NCBI GenBank assembly: GCA_013239625.1
Contig: MU054391.1
Coordinates: 9,147,095-9,211,094 of the forward strand
DNA from: Lama guanicoe
Taxonomy: Eukaryota
Reading direction: 5' to 3'
Length of the DNA stretch: 64,000 bases
A model generated the notes under the pieces. The model made no database searches. It was not told the DNA's origin and saw only the letters and a program-made list of their open reading frames with translations. Of this stretch, positions 13,515-26,000 are shown one piece after another. The position numbers were made by a program, and so were the translations under genes. Position 1 is the stretch's first letter; each line of letters opens with the position of its first letter.

Positions 13515-14215
13515 CTGCCAACAATATCCTCCCAGGTGGGTACTTCCTCCCGTCCTGTCACTTCCTCCTCCCAAAGAGAGGGCATGGTCATCACAGGAAT
13601 GCATCTTACAGGCCTCCAGCCAGTGCACCCAGAAACCCATCACTGGTGCACTGAGGCCACCTCAGCCTGGCTGCCCTGCATCAGTCAGGACCTAGACCAG
13701 CAGGAGGCAAGTGAGGCACTTGCTTTTGGTGCAAAAATTTAAGAGGCACCAAACAACTCAGTGATAAATATAAATAATGTTTGATGCAGATATTTTAAAT
13801 AAAAATTTATGCAAAAACGATGGTGGACAAATATATCAAAATTTTATATAAAACCTAGAGCAAAAAATCATTGACTTTCCTTTCGCCTCAGGCTCGCACA
13901 TAAGGCTCTGGCTCCAAAGACAGAGTCCAGCAGGGTTGCTTCTGCAGACTTTCCTGGGAGACGTGGGACACATCCATCAGTTGACTTCGGCTCAAGGATT
14001 CACCTGTCAGCTTTGCTGAGCCTTCCTGGGAGAACTCAGCATTCTCGGACATCCCCACTCAAACGCCTCTTCTGTCCTTCATTCTGGGTCAAACCTGACT
14101 GTTCTCCTGGCCTGCCCTGGCTCTGCTCATTTCTGCACATGGATGTCTTCTGATAAAATCCTTGCAGGTTTAACTTTGCCTTAGTGTCTGCTTCTTAGAG
14201 AACCCAGCCTAACAC
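13515..14215 (+). mobile_element. ERVL LTR (LTR16-like), interrupted by a MITE
   Basis: 3' end gtctgcttcttagagaacccagcctaacaca is typical of the LTR16 group; 5' boundary approximate. Confidence 0.6.
13686..13912. mobile_element. hAT-type MITE (family uncertain)
   Basis: gaggcaagtgaggcacttgc...gcaaaaatttaag start, AT-rich interior, tcgcctcagg near the end. Confidence 0.6.
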
Positions 14216-14999
14216 AAAAGAGAAGGATTTTTTTCTGCCTGCCTCCTCCAAGGAGTCAATGTTCTCTCGCCTTACTTCTCCATATAGAAGTAGGCATACT
14301 GTGTCTTGGCCCAAGTCATGAGGGGAGAGTGCGTGTGTATATAATACATATCTATTTAACATATAATAGACCTTTATCATATATGTAACATGCAAGTATT
14401 AAGTAGTTATACCTTCTTGGATAAGTAAACCTTTTTTCAAGCAGAGCTTCTGTGTTTCATTCGCTGGAGAATGGATTGCATTTCTCAGCCAAGACTGTTA
14501 ACCATGAATATCCAGATTAATGACAAGCTGATCATTAACATGAAGAGTTTACCTTTAAAACACTACACTCCGAGGAAGTGCGTGGCTCCAGATCAGCAGC
14601 TTCTAACAGATTCTTCTTTATCTTATGTTGAACGGCTCCCAAAGCTAAGGAGGGTCTTTTGGGATCTCCTGCATGCAGAGAATTTGTACATCGCCTCTCA
14701 GAAGCAGCTGGACCTACTTGGTGTCAAGTGACCCTGGACATGACCCCTGGCCACGGGCATGAGTTTCAGAGATCCAGACGGTGGGTTCAGCCACAGAGGT
14801 GTAGACTTTCATCAGTGAACTGTTTTAGAGGAATGGGACTGAGGTGGGAATTTTTGCTTGTCTGCCCTTATCCAGTCCCGCCCTCCTGCCTTCCAAGCAG
14901 AATCTCCCTTTAGCTCAGTAATCCACCCCTCCCCACTCCCCATCAGCAGAAGGAAAGCCCCCGCACCCCCCCAGCCCCAGGAGTGGCCCGTGCCACGAC

Positions 15000-15345
15000 T
15001 GCTTTAGGAGTAGACTCAATACAGGGCAATTTTATTTCAGGAAAAGTTTCCAGTGGAATTTCTAGAAAAGGTCTTCCTTGTTCTGGAAAATATCCAGAAG
15101 TGACCATCTATTCCTTTTCTAGACAATGTTGACATGAGGGCCAAACTGCTGAAAGCAGGCTGAGAAGGAAACCAGCCCACGGCGAAGGGCAGGCCCAGGA
15201 CAGGCAGGACAGAGCCGGAATCCCTGGGTATAGCCATTCTGAAGCGGGGCTTTCCTCTGGACTTCCAGACATGTGAAGCAGTACATTTATTTAATTCACA
15301 TTAAGTTGGACTTTGCATTGCTTTCATCCAAGAGCACTCTAAATA
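15000..15345 (+). mobile_element. Old MaLR LTR fragment (MLT1K/L-like)
   Basis: ctctggacttccagacatgtgaagc ... ttaagttggactttgcattgctttcatccaagag. Confidence 0.45.
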
Positions 15346-15993
15346 TTACAGGGAACTTTATCACTTAAGGGAATAAAACCCCTCATTGGGCTACGATATA
15401 GAAAATCTCTATGGAAATGAATCTTTGGAATTTTCAGCCTCTAGAACTCAGATTTAATCAAGGACTCGAGGAAGAATGGTATTGGCTCATAAAGGAGGAG
15501 GGGGGTGGCCCTTTCCTTCAGAAGGATTGCTGTGGGAGGGTGAAGGCAAAATGAAGAATGGCATCTTGATTGAGCTGGAGGAAGAGAGGAGTTTCCTTAG
15601 GAGAATGGTTGTGAGCTTCGAGGCCCTGATGAACAGACATGAAAAGGGACAAGAGACGCGTCTGGACAGCACTCCTTTTAAGATAGGAAAGGCGGCCTTT
15701 CAACCATCACTCCATCAGAATGGGAGACCCAGATCCAGAGAGACCCAGCAGAGCAAAGGCTGCTTGGAGCTGAAGGGCTGAATAAATCGCACCTCTCTTC
15801 TCGTCTGAGTTCAAACCCAATTTGGAAACTAAAGCATGTACCAGTTCAGGACAAAAAATAATAATAATAATGTTATTGCTAGAGACTCTGGTTTGGAGAA
15901 CATAGTTTTGATCTTGGTCACATGTAGCTTTTGCTAGATCCCTGCCCATCCCCCACCCCTCCACCCCTAAGTCGTTGGCCTCACCTGCCCAGG

Positions 15994-16374
15994 TGGAACC
16001 GAGCAGGACCCTAAGGGGCCTCCCCTAGACAGAACCCTCCCCCATATCCTCTGCTATAGCTCCTCTTTGAGGTACCCAGATATTATTATCTCATGCATAT
16101 TTCCTGAGTTTTTCAGATGCTAAAAACCACCACTAAATGAAAGAAATTAACTACTTGATGATCATGAACACATAGCCCCCAGACCTTCTGATGCCTAAGG
16201 ACTGGCCATCGTCAGCTAATCAGAGAACTGTGCACTGCTGACCACAGACCCTGGGACTCCCCTCAAAGGCTCAGCTGAAACTCTCCAGGGAGTTCGGAAT
16301 TAGGGGGGCATGACCCCTCTTCTCCTTGCTCAGCCTGTGGAATTATTTCTCTAATTTGGAACTTGACTATGACA
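15994..16374 (+). mobile_element. ERV1-class LTR of the same family as 12583-13055, with deletions in its 3' half
   Basis: Colinear with the reverse complement of 12583-13055, including a 30-nt exact match (16097-16126 vs 12922-12951); TG...CA ends; no clear TSD. Confidence 0.85.
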
Positions 16375-16639
16375 ATAGATGGTGTCGTGCCCAGTGCAGA
16401 CATTCAGAATGAGACCCTCCAACAGATGCCTGAGCCAATATCGGGAGCGGTTCTGGGGGAAGATGAGAAAACCCAAACTGGGATCCCAGTTGGGTGTTCT
16501 CTACACAACAAGCAATAAAAGTGTGTCCAAAGGCTCTGAGGAGTTTGGCAAGGACCCGGTTGAGGGGCAGAGCCCGGAACACACAGGGCTCGGGGTGGCT
16601 GACCCTGGAGCTCTGTGGCAGGCCCTCTCAGCGTGTTCA

Positions 16640-17180
16640 CAAAGTCCACTCCCTGCCCCCTTCTTCTCTCCTAATGGAGCCATGATTTGTTTGGATAACT
16701 GGGGAGACTGACGGATTTTTGGGGGTGGACCTACTCCATCACGAATCATGAATCATAATTTGTTACACCAGAGGTGGGTTTCTCATCGCCCTTCATCCCT
16801 GATTGGTTTGGAGGTGGCTATGTGACAAATTCTGGTCAGTAAGCTGTACCTAGAAGTTTCCTGGGCAGACCTTCTGGAAGGGCTTTGCTTTCCTTCCAAA
16901 GGAGGAGAGATTTGTCGGATTTGGCCCTTTCTGTCATTTGCCCTTCCCTCTTTGTCCTGCTGGGAGTGCAGACCCGAGCCTCGGGGTGCCATGGCCACCT
17001 CATCACCAGGAGACAACACAAGAGGGCGAGGAAAGCCAGCATTCTTGCGATGGCAGAGAAAAAAGACAGAAGAAGCCTGCATCTTTGAAGACTTCACTGG
17101 GTCTAGACTTCATACTTTGTGAAGACTTTTCATCCCACTGCCGTGTCATGTTTTTGGACCTTGCAGCCAAACGCACTGCA
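16640..17180 (+). mobile_element. Old MaLR LTR (MLT1J-like)
   Basis: gattggtttggaggtggctatgtgacaaattctggtc; gatggcagag...agaagcctg; ttgcagccaaacgca end. Confidence 0.6.
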
Positions 17181-18129
17181 AAATGGAAGCCCACACACTG
17201 ACCGATTATCCTGCAAGACCAGCCACGGCCAGCCTGCATCTCCATTTCCAGAATCAGGCTGGACTGGGAGAGCTGGCTCTGGGTTTCGACCTCTTTGTTT
17301 CCTTGAAGTTTCCTTGTTTGTGTAAGAACACTCTTCACTCAGAGGCCCTGTTTCATATTTACAGACTCAACAATGGTGAGACTCCTCCTTCCTGGCCTCA
17401 AAACACAACACGACCGGTTAACCTGGGGGTGGGAGCAGCTTCGCCCAGGTGATGCATCGTAGTAAGTCTCAACCCTCCCTGGACTGGGTTAACCAGATAA
17501 ACAAGGAGAGAACACAGGCGTTCCCTTCCCATCTCACAGAGGTGTGACAAGGGGCGGGGATCAAACACCTACTTCAAGCTGGGTTCAGTATTTTCACACC
17601 GTGCCAAGCAGGAGCCACACAGTCCTACAGCCAAGGGGATTACAGGCAACACATGACACAGACAGAAATTTTTGTCCTCGTAGAGGTCACATTCTAGTCA
17701 GGGTAGGTAAACAAAGGTGAATAATAACCAAATAAGTTGTATATTCATATACACAGACACGTACATACACGTATATACATGCACACACATCCATACATAT
17801 TAGAGAGTTAAGGGAATTGTAACCCCGTGGAGGAAAAATCCAGCAGGAAGGGAGACGAGCAGGGTTGGGTGACACTTCCTATGTTGTGGCCTCTTGGGCC
17901 TCAGTCTCCCCATCTGTAAAGCAAAGGGCAGGCCCCAGGTCCCTTCCGTCCCTGGCGTTCTCTGAGACTGTAACGTGCTCCATCTGCCTACGGACTGACT
18001 CACTCTTAGATGCTTCCAGCAGATGCTCTCGTGGAGTGAACCGCTCTCCCTCTCGCCTTTCACTCACTCTGTCAGTCACGTCTCCCCTTAGTGGCTCCTG
18101 TTAGCATCGTTTTCTTTTTTATGACACTA

Positions 18130-18312
18130 GTGTCAGAGCTGCTGTTTTACATTTTTGTGATTAGTTAATCAGATTTTAAAAATTAAGTTCTGTTGCCCCT
18201 GCTGAATGTCATTTATGTTCCATATTTTGCTCCAATGGTTAACACAGAGAGCATGGTGCCTACTCCATGCTCCACGGAATTATGGTTGAGTGAATGAATG
18301 AATGAATGAACA
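18130..18312 (+). mobile_element. L2 3' end
   Basis: Ends gttgagtgaatgaatgaatgaatgaa. Confidence 0.55.
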
Positions 18313-18601
18313 AAGATGCTCTATCTCACCTTCAACGATTCAATTCTTCAGACCTTTTTCTTTCCTCCCTGATTCCTTCTTTAAGTTTTTTTCACTGATA
18401 CTTCCCAAAGCCCTCTTTCCATCATGCTTGCTTTCCAACCCAGAGGGCTTTGGGTGCACATTCATTCATTTTTCTAGACAGAGTAGAATCCAGTTTACAC
18501 ACCACGGGCTGTGAGGTCTGAGGTGGAGGAAATGGATGTGTATACAGTAAATTCTGAAGCTGCTTCCTCACAGGGAACAGAATCGTGCCTGAGTGTGCAC
18601 T

Positions 18602-18628
18602 CACACACACACACACACACACACACAC
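18602..18628. repeat. (CA)n microsatellite
   Basis: Perfect CA run. Confidence 0.95.
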
Positions 18629-20301
18629 TTCCTCTATGATTTACAAAGGGGAGGGTGGGTGTGGATGCCAGATTTCTGTCCTGCCTCAGGCACTGAGCTG
18701 TCTTTCAGTGGCCCCTGGGCACCTCTACACACGGTGTATAACCCTACGGTTAACCCTAAAGGTTATCCTGAAATGGAGACACCCCAGTGTTTGTGGAGAC
18801 GGCATTGCCTTCAAGAACAATCGGAAGCATAAATGGCAGGGGATGGCTGGACCACATGGAGTCCCTACAGATGAGGAGAAACAGCAGAGGACTGGTCACT
18901 TGGCAACTGATGCCATAAGGGCGTCTAGCCAGAATCCTTCCAGCCTACTCATGGATTTATTATTCATACATCTTTTTAAAAATCCCTTATAATTCCTGTA
19001 ATTCTATATGTGCCAAAACAGCATGTACTTCTCATTCTACAATGTGGGTTTGGCCACTTTCAAGCAACTCTGCCACTGTATTCAGAATACTGAAGAGCCA
19101 CCCGGGGCTCCATGATACTGAGGTGTCTGGACCTGGCAGTCCCTACGTGGCTGTTAGAGCCAAGTTCTGGTTCCCTGGGCAGGGAAGGGACAATACATAG
19201 GTCTGCCTCCCCCGCAGCCCGCCTATCAGATGGTGCTTTTGTTCCGACAGGCAAGCCTAAATACAAAAGCAACTAGCGTAACATCTGGTGGAAAGTAAGG
19301 ACTCAGACCCTGGTGGTTTTCTGACAACAAAAGCGAAAATCAAACCACAATAAACCTCCCCCCAGCTGTTCCTGCTATCATTCCCTGCTAACAAGGGAAA
19401 CAGGGTGACAGGAAAGACAAACCTTGTTCTAGCAGCAACTTTTAAGGGGCAGTCATTACAGAGAGCCTTGCAAAGGGGCACGGAACCACGGAAGGGGTGC
19501 TCTCTTCAGCAGAATTTTTATAGAAGGTAGAGAAACATGCTTTATTCAGCCATTTCTTATATGACCCCTCGATAAAGGAAAAGGACACCCTCTTAAATAT
19601 TAGCCATCCTCCGGAGACAGGTTTACAGGTGTGAGGGTAGTGGTTGTGAGGCTAGAGCTTTCGGTGATTGGACTTGGTAGAGGATTGGTCGGCTGATACC
19701 ACAGTAGAAGGGACGAGGCCACACTGTCCATGTCCGATACTGCCGGCTCCCTCAGCAGGGCTGGCGGCCGGAGTCGGTTCACAGCAATTCAGGACGGAGA
19801 GCCTGAGCAGGGATCTGCACTGTAAGAACTGGACCGTCTCTTGGGCAGTGACTTCCTTCTCTTTCCCTTCTTTAGTCTTGGAACTCTTCCAGCATCACTT
19901 TTTTTTTTAACCTTTTCCTTTGTGTAGGCACAACATTGCCCTGAAATGCATCACCAGGGGAAGGAAGTTGTCGCCATGGGGGTTGGAATCTTGCTCCAAA
20001 GCTGGTATCCTCCAGGGCCTGACCTGGCTCTGCGTGTTAACTTGGGTTACTGAGCAAAAGAAAGTAAGTTGATCACATTTACTATGATCGCTGTCTCTCT
20101 AAAACTGTCACATAGAGAAGTTGGCAATGATTGAGTCTCGGTAGATCAGTTACTCACTGAACTGAGGAACTGTATTCCCTAAAAAGATACGCCAAAGTTC
20201 CAACCTCCAGTAGCTGTGAAAGTGGCCTTGTTTAGAAACGTGGCCTCTGCAGATGTAATCGAGTCCAAATGAGGTTATACTGGAATTAGGTTGATTCTTT
20301 T

Positions 20302-20464
20302 TCTTATGTATTTTATTTATTTATTATTGTATTGCTTATTTTATTTTTGTGGGTGGGGGAGGTAATTAGGTTTGTTTATTTTTAGAGGAGGTACTGGGGA
20401 TTGAACCCAGGACCTCATGCATGCTAAGCATGCACTCTACCACTTGAGCTATACCCTCCCCACC
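20302..20464 (-). mobile_element. Vic-1-type camelid tRNA-Ala-derived SINE
   Basis: Minus strand ggggagggtatagctcaagtggtagagtgcatgcttagcatgcatgaggtcctgggttcaatcccc with A/B boxes and A-rich tail; 14-bp TSD with one mismatch (20288-20301, 20465-20478). Confidence 0.92.
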
Positions 20465-20494
20465 AGGGTGATTCTTTTATTTAAAAAAACCTTA

Positions 20495-20635
20495 TTGTTT
20501 TTTAAAAAAAACCAATTTCTGTACAGTAAGTTACACATACTTCAGATGTACAATTTGATGAATTTTGACAGGTGTATACACCCATGAAACCACCGCCACA
20601 ATCAAGATACCTAACATTTCCCTCGCTCCCCAAGA
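20495..20635 (-). mobile_element. L1M 3' UTR fragment
   Basis: tgtacaatttgatgaattttgacaggtgtatacacccatgaaaccacc...caatcaagata. Confidence 0.75.
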
Positions 20636-22029
20636 GGTGCAAATCCCGAACTCCCAATTAGAGCGATTCTAACGCAAAGAGAATCGTGTCCTTAGAAGAA
20701 GAGAGAAATGTAGACACAGAGAAACGCAGCAAGTATGCCACGTGGAGATGGAGACAGAGGCTGGAGAAATGTATGCACAAGTCACAGGATGCCAAGAGTC
20801 GCTCACAACCTCCAGAAATTAGAAAGAGACAGGGAAGGATCCTCCCCCAGAGCCTCTGGAGTGGGAATGGCTGTGCCGACACTTTCGTTTCAGGTTCCTG
20901 ACTCCCGAACGGGGAGAGAATAAATTTCAGTTGTTAAGCCGTCAAGTTTGAGTTACTTTGTTACAGCAGCCCCTAGACGTCCCCTAAGCATATCCAGAGA
21001 GACGCATAAATGGAAAACTAGAAGGACTGAGACTCCACAGGACTTATTTTTCCCAAGCCCATGACTGGAGATCTGCATGGTCTGGTAAATATGATGACTG
21101 GGATTAGTAGCAACGGTCTAACCTCACCAAATGCGTGAGGTGCTGGTGCCCTGAGGTCGGCAGACCTACACTGGTCTGAGTTCTCCCCCTGCTCAGGCTG
21201 GCTCTGGACACAAGACATTCCCACGCTTCACTTCGCCAAGCAGGACCCAAAACAGCTTTACCTACCACTCACCTTTCAAGGGCATCAGGAAGACCTGTGT
21301 CCCTGTAATGTTTGTCTGAGGAGTTGGCGCTTCCCGGAGGACTGTCACCAGCTAAATATAAAGGAGGTTATTATCTTCCCCCAAACCTTGGCAGTTCTTT
21401 GCCACTTTCCTTTTGAAAAGAAAATTATACTTACCCAAAGCATTTCATTACCACCTGAACTGTCTGTTTGATATAAATTTAGAAACCAAAATGTATATAA
21501 CCCACAGCCAAATGCATTAGAGTCAGGAGCCCAGGGCACCTGGAATATCGCTATTACAGAAAATAAATTTTGGCAGGCGGCCTCGCGTGACTACTCAGTC
21601 TAAACTCTGAAGCAGCTCTATTTGGAGAGGCCTCCTTCAAATGATTCCGTAGGATGGTTTGCCTACATTTGCCTACATCACCTACAACAGTTTATGCCAG
21701 GTAGATCTTAGAGACTTATTAACAGAATTACATTACCATCCAATTGAATATTTGGGATTCTTTTTTTTTAATGCACCTTTTAGGGGAGACATATTCACCC
21801 CAGATCAGACCTTCTTGATGGGCTGAAAATGTACACGAAACACATGCAACAGAGTTGAAAAGCCCCATGGATACTGCACGTTCCTTTTTAGCAGCACATT
21901 GGGAGGGGTGAGTGGAATCATGTTAGTCAGGTTGTGTTCCTTCCTTTCAAGCTCACGTGTTAGTTCTCCCTAATTCCTAGTCTCTTTGGATGGAGATGTG
22001 GACCTAGATGATAACACCAATCCTGTGCT

Positions 22030-22185
22030 TGGCACGTGCACTGTTGCCTCAGTTTCCTCGTAAGTAAAATGAGGAGATAATACCTAGCTCACGGGATTGC
22101 TATGTGAATTCAATGAGCTAATTCTGTTAAAGAAGGTACGCTGGTTCCCAGTACATAGTATATGTTCGATGAAAGTTAGGTGTTA
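22030..22185 (+). mobile_element. MIR SINE
   Basis: gcctcagtttcctcgtaagtaaaatgaggagataatacctagctcac. Confidence 0.8.
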
Positions 22186-22519
22186 GAAGAAAAAGGAGGG
22201 AAAGAGGGAGAAAAAGAAGAAAAAAGTATTATTAATATTAGTGATGACTGTAATAGTTCTAGTCTCTAAGTTACCCTAAGACACCAGTGAGCTATGGCTG
22301 GTAGAAAAAAATGCAGTGGAGGTAACAAATTGGACTGAGCGTTCGCATTTTCTCTAGAATTCTCTGGACGTATTAAGAACGTCAGTCAACTGACTGACAA
22401 GCCAGCCGATTGCTTTTCCAATTATGCCAGTTGTCCCAAGTGAAAGAATGGTATTGGTATCAGGGCCAGGTAGTCAAAAAGCAAAAAGTCACATTGAAGA
22501 TGCTGGACTCATCATCCAC

Positions 22520-23015
22520 TGTGGTAGACAGAATAATGTCCTCCCCAATGTCCATCCCAGGAACTTGTGACTGTATTGTATTATATGGCAAAGGGGAAGT
22601 AAGGTAGCGGATAGAATTAAGGTTGATAATCATCTGATTTCAAAATAAGGAGAGTATGCTAGACTATCCAGGTGGGCCAAAGGGAACCACAAGGGTCCTT
22701 AGATACGGGAGGGAGAGGCAGAGAAGTCAATGTCAGGGTGATGCAATGTGAAAAAGACTTGATCATCGATTGCTGGCTTTGAAGACGGAAGGAGACATGA
22801 GCCAAAGCACATGGCATCCTCTAAAAGCTAGAAAAGGTAAGTAATGGTTTATCTCCTGCAGCCTCTATAAAGGAACTCAGACCTACAGACACCTTGGCCT
22901 GAGCCCCATGAGACCCATTTTGGACTTCTGACTTTCAGAATTATAAGATGATAATTTTGTGTTGCTTTAAGCCACCAAATTTGTGGTACTTTGCTCAACC
23001 ATAAAAACTGATACA
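22520..23015 (+). mobile_element. MaLR solo LTR (MLT1D-like), full length
   Basis: tgtggtagacagaataatg...aaactgataca; exact 5-bp TSD tccac at 22515-22519 and 23016-23020. Confidence 0.92.
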
Positions 23016-23075
23016 TCCACCAATAATCAAACCAAACTATAGCCCAACCAACACCAACCCTAGGGCTGTGCTCCC

Positions 23076-23187
23076 ACGGCAAACCCAAGAATAGTTCATC
23101 AGAGAAGTCTCCTCTCACACGATGAAACGGCAAACCCAAGAATATTTCATCAGAGAAGTCTCCTCTCACACGATGAAACAGCAAACC
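23076..23187. repeat. 51-bp tandem duplication (about 2.2 copies)
   Basis: Units start at 23076, 23127 and 23178; the two full units differ at one base. Confidence 0.95.
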
Positions 23188-24384
23188 TTCTAAAAGAAGC
23201 AAAGCCCTTGATGGGGTGAGCCCTTCAAGGGGACAGAAGCTTGAACACAGGAGAATAAGCCCTTGACTTTGTTCCTCTGCCCCTGAACTCTCTGGAGCCC
23301 CCTTCTCCCTGACCACTCCCTGGGAGCTGTCCTTTGGAGGCTGCTCAAGCTGGTTTGAGTGATTCCCTCACAGCAGATGGCAAAAAAAAAAAAAAAAATC
23401 TGAGAATGTGAATAGTGGAAATGTCCCTGGGGATGAGTCTGAACTCTGTATCTGGGGAAAGGCTCATAGAGAGATTCATCTTACTGAAGATTCCGAGGAA
23501 CATCTGAGTCCTCATTAATGCCAAACCCTCATTTCAGACATCAGATAGGAGAATATTTTACAGATTCCATGCAAATGCCGTGTTGTCGGCATTGTTAAAT
23601 GCTTAAGTACTATTAAGTGGTATTTTTATTATAATAGTAGCAGAGAGTGGGGGGGATTAAAGAGATTATGTATTAATTAGCAACAACTTATGCTTTTAGT
23701 AACACCCTTAATTATTAAAGTCTCTGTCTTAGGGGGCAAACAGCTAACAAGAGGCTGTATGATAACTACATGGTATGGTCTTTCTCTGTCCGTAGTAATT
23801 CTGTTCTAGTAGCAAGTCTGTCTCGTTTCATATAGGAATTCTATATAATTAACCATGAGTTTGATTTCAAGAGAACATTTTAGAATATTAAGTGAGAGTA
23901 GAGTTAATCTTCCGGGAAATTCAAGAGAAGGTATTTATATAGAAAAATGAGCACTAATTCCAGTGTAATGAGCACTCTGACAGAACCCCTTCCTTCCTCT
24001 TATCCCTGCCGCTCCCTTAGCTCGCTGCACCTGCAAACCTTACAGCAACAACTGTAAGATTTTTGAGGTCCATACACACCATATGAACACACTGTTTGAC
24101 TAAATCAACAAATACATGCAGAATGCTTAGCTTAATATTGCATTACGTGGGCCATACTTATTCAATTATTGCATGTCGTGTTGAACATGAAAAAATTGCA
24201 CTTGTGTGACTCACTGGAGTGAAGGTAGCTCCCAGCAAGAGGGGACCAGTCCAGAAGCTCTGGCTGCCCCAAGGCCCACCCAGCTGTCCCTAGAGCCGAG
24301 GAGACGGTCTAGGACCACTCCTAACCACAGACAGACAGCCTGGTTGGGAAGGTCTGGCGTAAACGGTAAGACAAGACAATGGAA

Positions 24385-24720
24385 AGGTGGCAATGCGCAG
24401 CGGTTAAGCCTGGGTTCTAGGGTTCCACCCAACCTCTGCCATTTCTAGCTCTGTGGCCTTGGGCGAGTCATTTACCACTCCACATACCTCAGCTTCATTA
24501 TTTGTAAAGTGAGGACAATACTATCTACTTTACAGAGCTGTTACACAAATTACAGTTACAAGATATCTAGAACAGTGCCTGAGGTACAGTGAGTCCTGAA
24601 TGAATGTTTAGAGTCAAGAGGCCTGGGTTCAAGTCCTAACAGGCTGTATGACCTTGAGCAAGTTGCTCTGCCTCTCCGGACCACATGTCCACTGTCTCAG
24701 ATGAGCAAATATCTATAAAA
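24385..24720 (+). mobile_element. Two adjacent MIR SINE fragments
   Basis: ctagctctgtggccttgggcgagtcattt...; cctgggttcaagtcct...tgaccttgagcaagtt. Confidence 0.8.
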
Positions 24721-24869
24721 CTATTTCACTGTTAGAGCATCCCTCATCCCTTTTCTTCCGGGAAAGTCATATTATGTATGTTGCCCCCATGTTCATCCCC
24801 ATTTGCTCTGAAAGAAGTTCTGCAAAGTGTCTGAGTTTGATGATAATTGCATTGTCATCTAAGTGTCTT

Positions 24870-25100
24870 CAGTGTTTTAATGCCCATTGCATCTGGCAAC
24901 CAGGAGGTCATGGTTGCCCCTGGTGAGAGCTGTTTCGGAGAGTAGAGGAGACAGAAGCCGAGTGCAGAGAGCACCAGAGTGAAGCGATGGGACTGGAGAT
25001 GGCAAATCGAGAGCCTTGGTCCAGGTGATCTCCGTGGACGTGGGGAGAGACGTAAATGAGGAACTTGAGGCACAAACTGGAGAGAGAAATGTGGTGGAAG
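24870..25100 (-). mobile_element. L2 internal fragment
   Basis: ccattgcatctggcaaccaggaggtcatggttgccc...gagagctgtttc. Confidence 0.6.
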
Positions 25101-25914
25101 GAGAAGTGGGGTTTGCGCGTTTGCTGAGACAGAGACGTGAGTGTGTTTCCACGCTGTAAGCAAAGCACCAGGGCAGAGCATGAGGCTCAGAAACAGGAGA
25201 GAAAATGGATGCTTAACAGAGGGAGTCGCCAGAGGTTGTGGAAGGGAAGTGGAGGATCTCAAACCTTCTCTCCAGGAACTGGGGAATTCTATATTGGCCA
25301 CTGGATGACTTAATTGAGCTCTCTGATTTCAGTGATGCCCACAAAAGCGATAAGCACATGTTAAATTCTAGGCTGTCCCCCGTTGATTTCTGTCTTGCAG
25401 TTACTGAAGAAATAAAAGCAAAATGATAGCGATTGATTCCAGGCTTCTCGGGAGGCCTGGCTGGCCCTGATAACGCGGTTGATACTGTAATTACTCTGAG
25501 AGTCTCCGGGCCAGAGCCCCTGGAACCGACTTCTGAGTAATCTTACGGGACTGTCTGTCTCCACAGGGCTTGAGTCATCCCACCAGCTCCGGAAAAACAC
25601 ACTCGCCAGGCAGACCTGTAATCCCATCAAGCCTGCAAGTCTCTTAATGGAGTACTTCTAAACGGGATTCGATCAACAGGCACTCCCTCTCCAAATGATA
25701 ATTCCAAGGCTGCGCTGCTGAGGGCAGGTCCCATGGTGTCCCAATGTCTTCAGAGTCTCTCCAGCTCACTCTGTCCCCAGAGAGGACCTGAATCATGTCA
25801 CTCTGGCCGCTTCCATCTTGCACTTGGGAACTGATTGCTCCAATGCCTCTCACTGCTGACTTTTCTAACCCTTCCTGTACCTACACATCTGCATGGCCGG
25901 GAGCAACAAGAGAT

Positions 25915-26000
25915 CCATTCATTCACTGATTTATTCATTCATTGATTTATTTATTCACAATGTATGTTCCAGGCACTCTGCTGGCCACCAGGGACTCATT
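25915..26000 (-). mobile_element. L2 3' end
   Basis: cattcattca repeats followed by tatgttccaggcactctgct. Confidence 0.6.

Larger units (their letters stand above)
20149..20976 (+). mobile_element. MaLR LTR (MLT1B/C-like) split by a SINE and an L1 fragment
   Basis: 5' part gcagatgtaatc...tgaggttatactgga; 3' part gagagaataaatttcagttgttaagcc...tttgttacagcagccc. Confidence 0.8.

Noticed and set aside
13056..15993. Proviral interior between the two related LTRs
   Set aside because: The LTRs are inverted, the first has its own TSD, and the interval holds older unrelated repeats with no gag/pol/env
16380..16397. tRNA-His primer-binding site after the LTR (tggtgtcgtg)
   Set aside because: Only the first 10 bases resemble a PBS and no retroviral internal sequence follows
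19600..19782. 60-aa minus-strand ORF in the CpG patch
   Set aside because: Non-ATG start and no recognisable homology
23076..23187. CRISPR-like array
   Set aside because: Head-to-tail duplication with no unique spacers, in mammalian DNA
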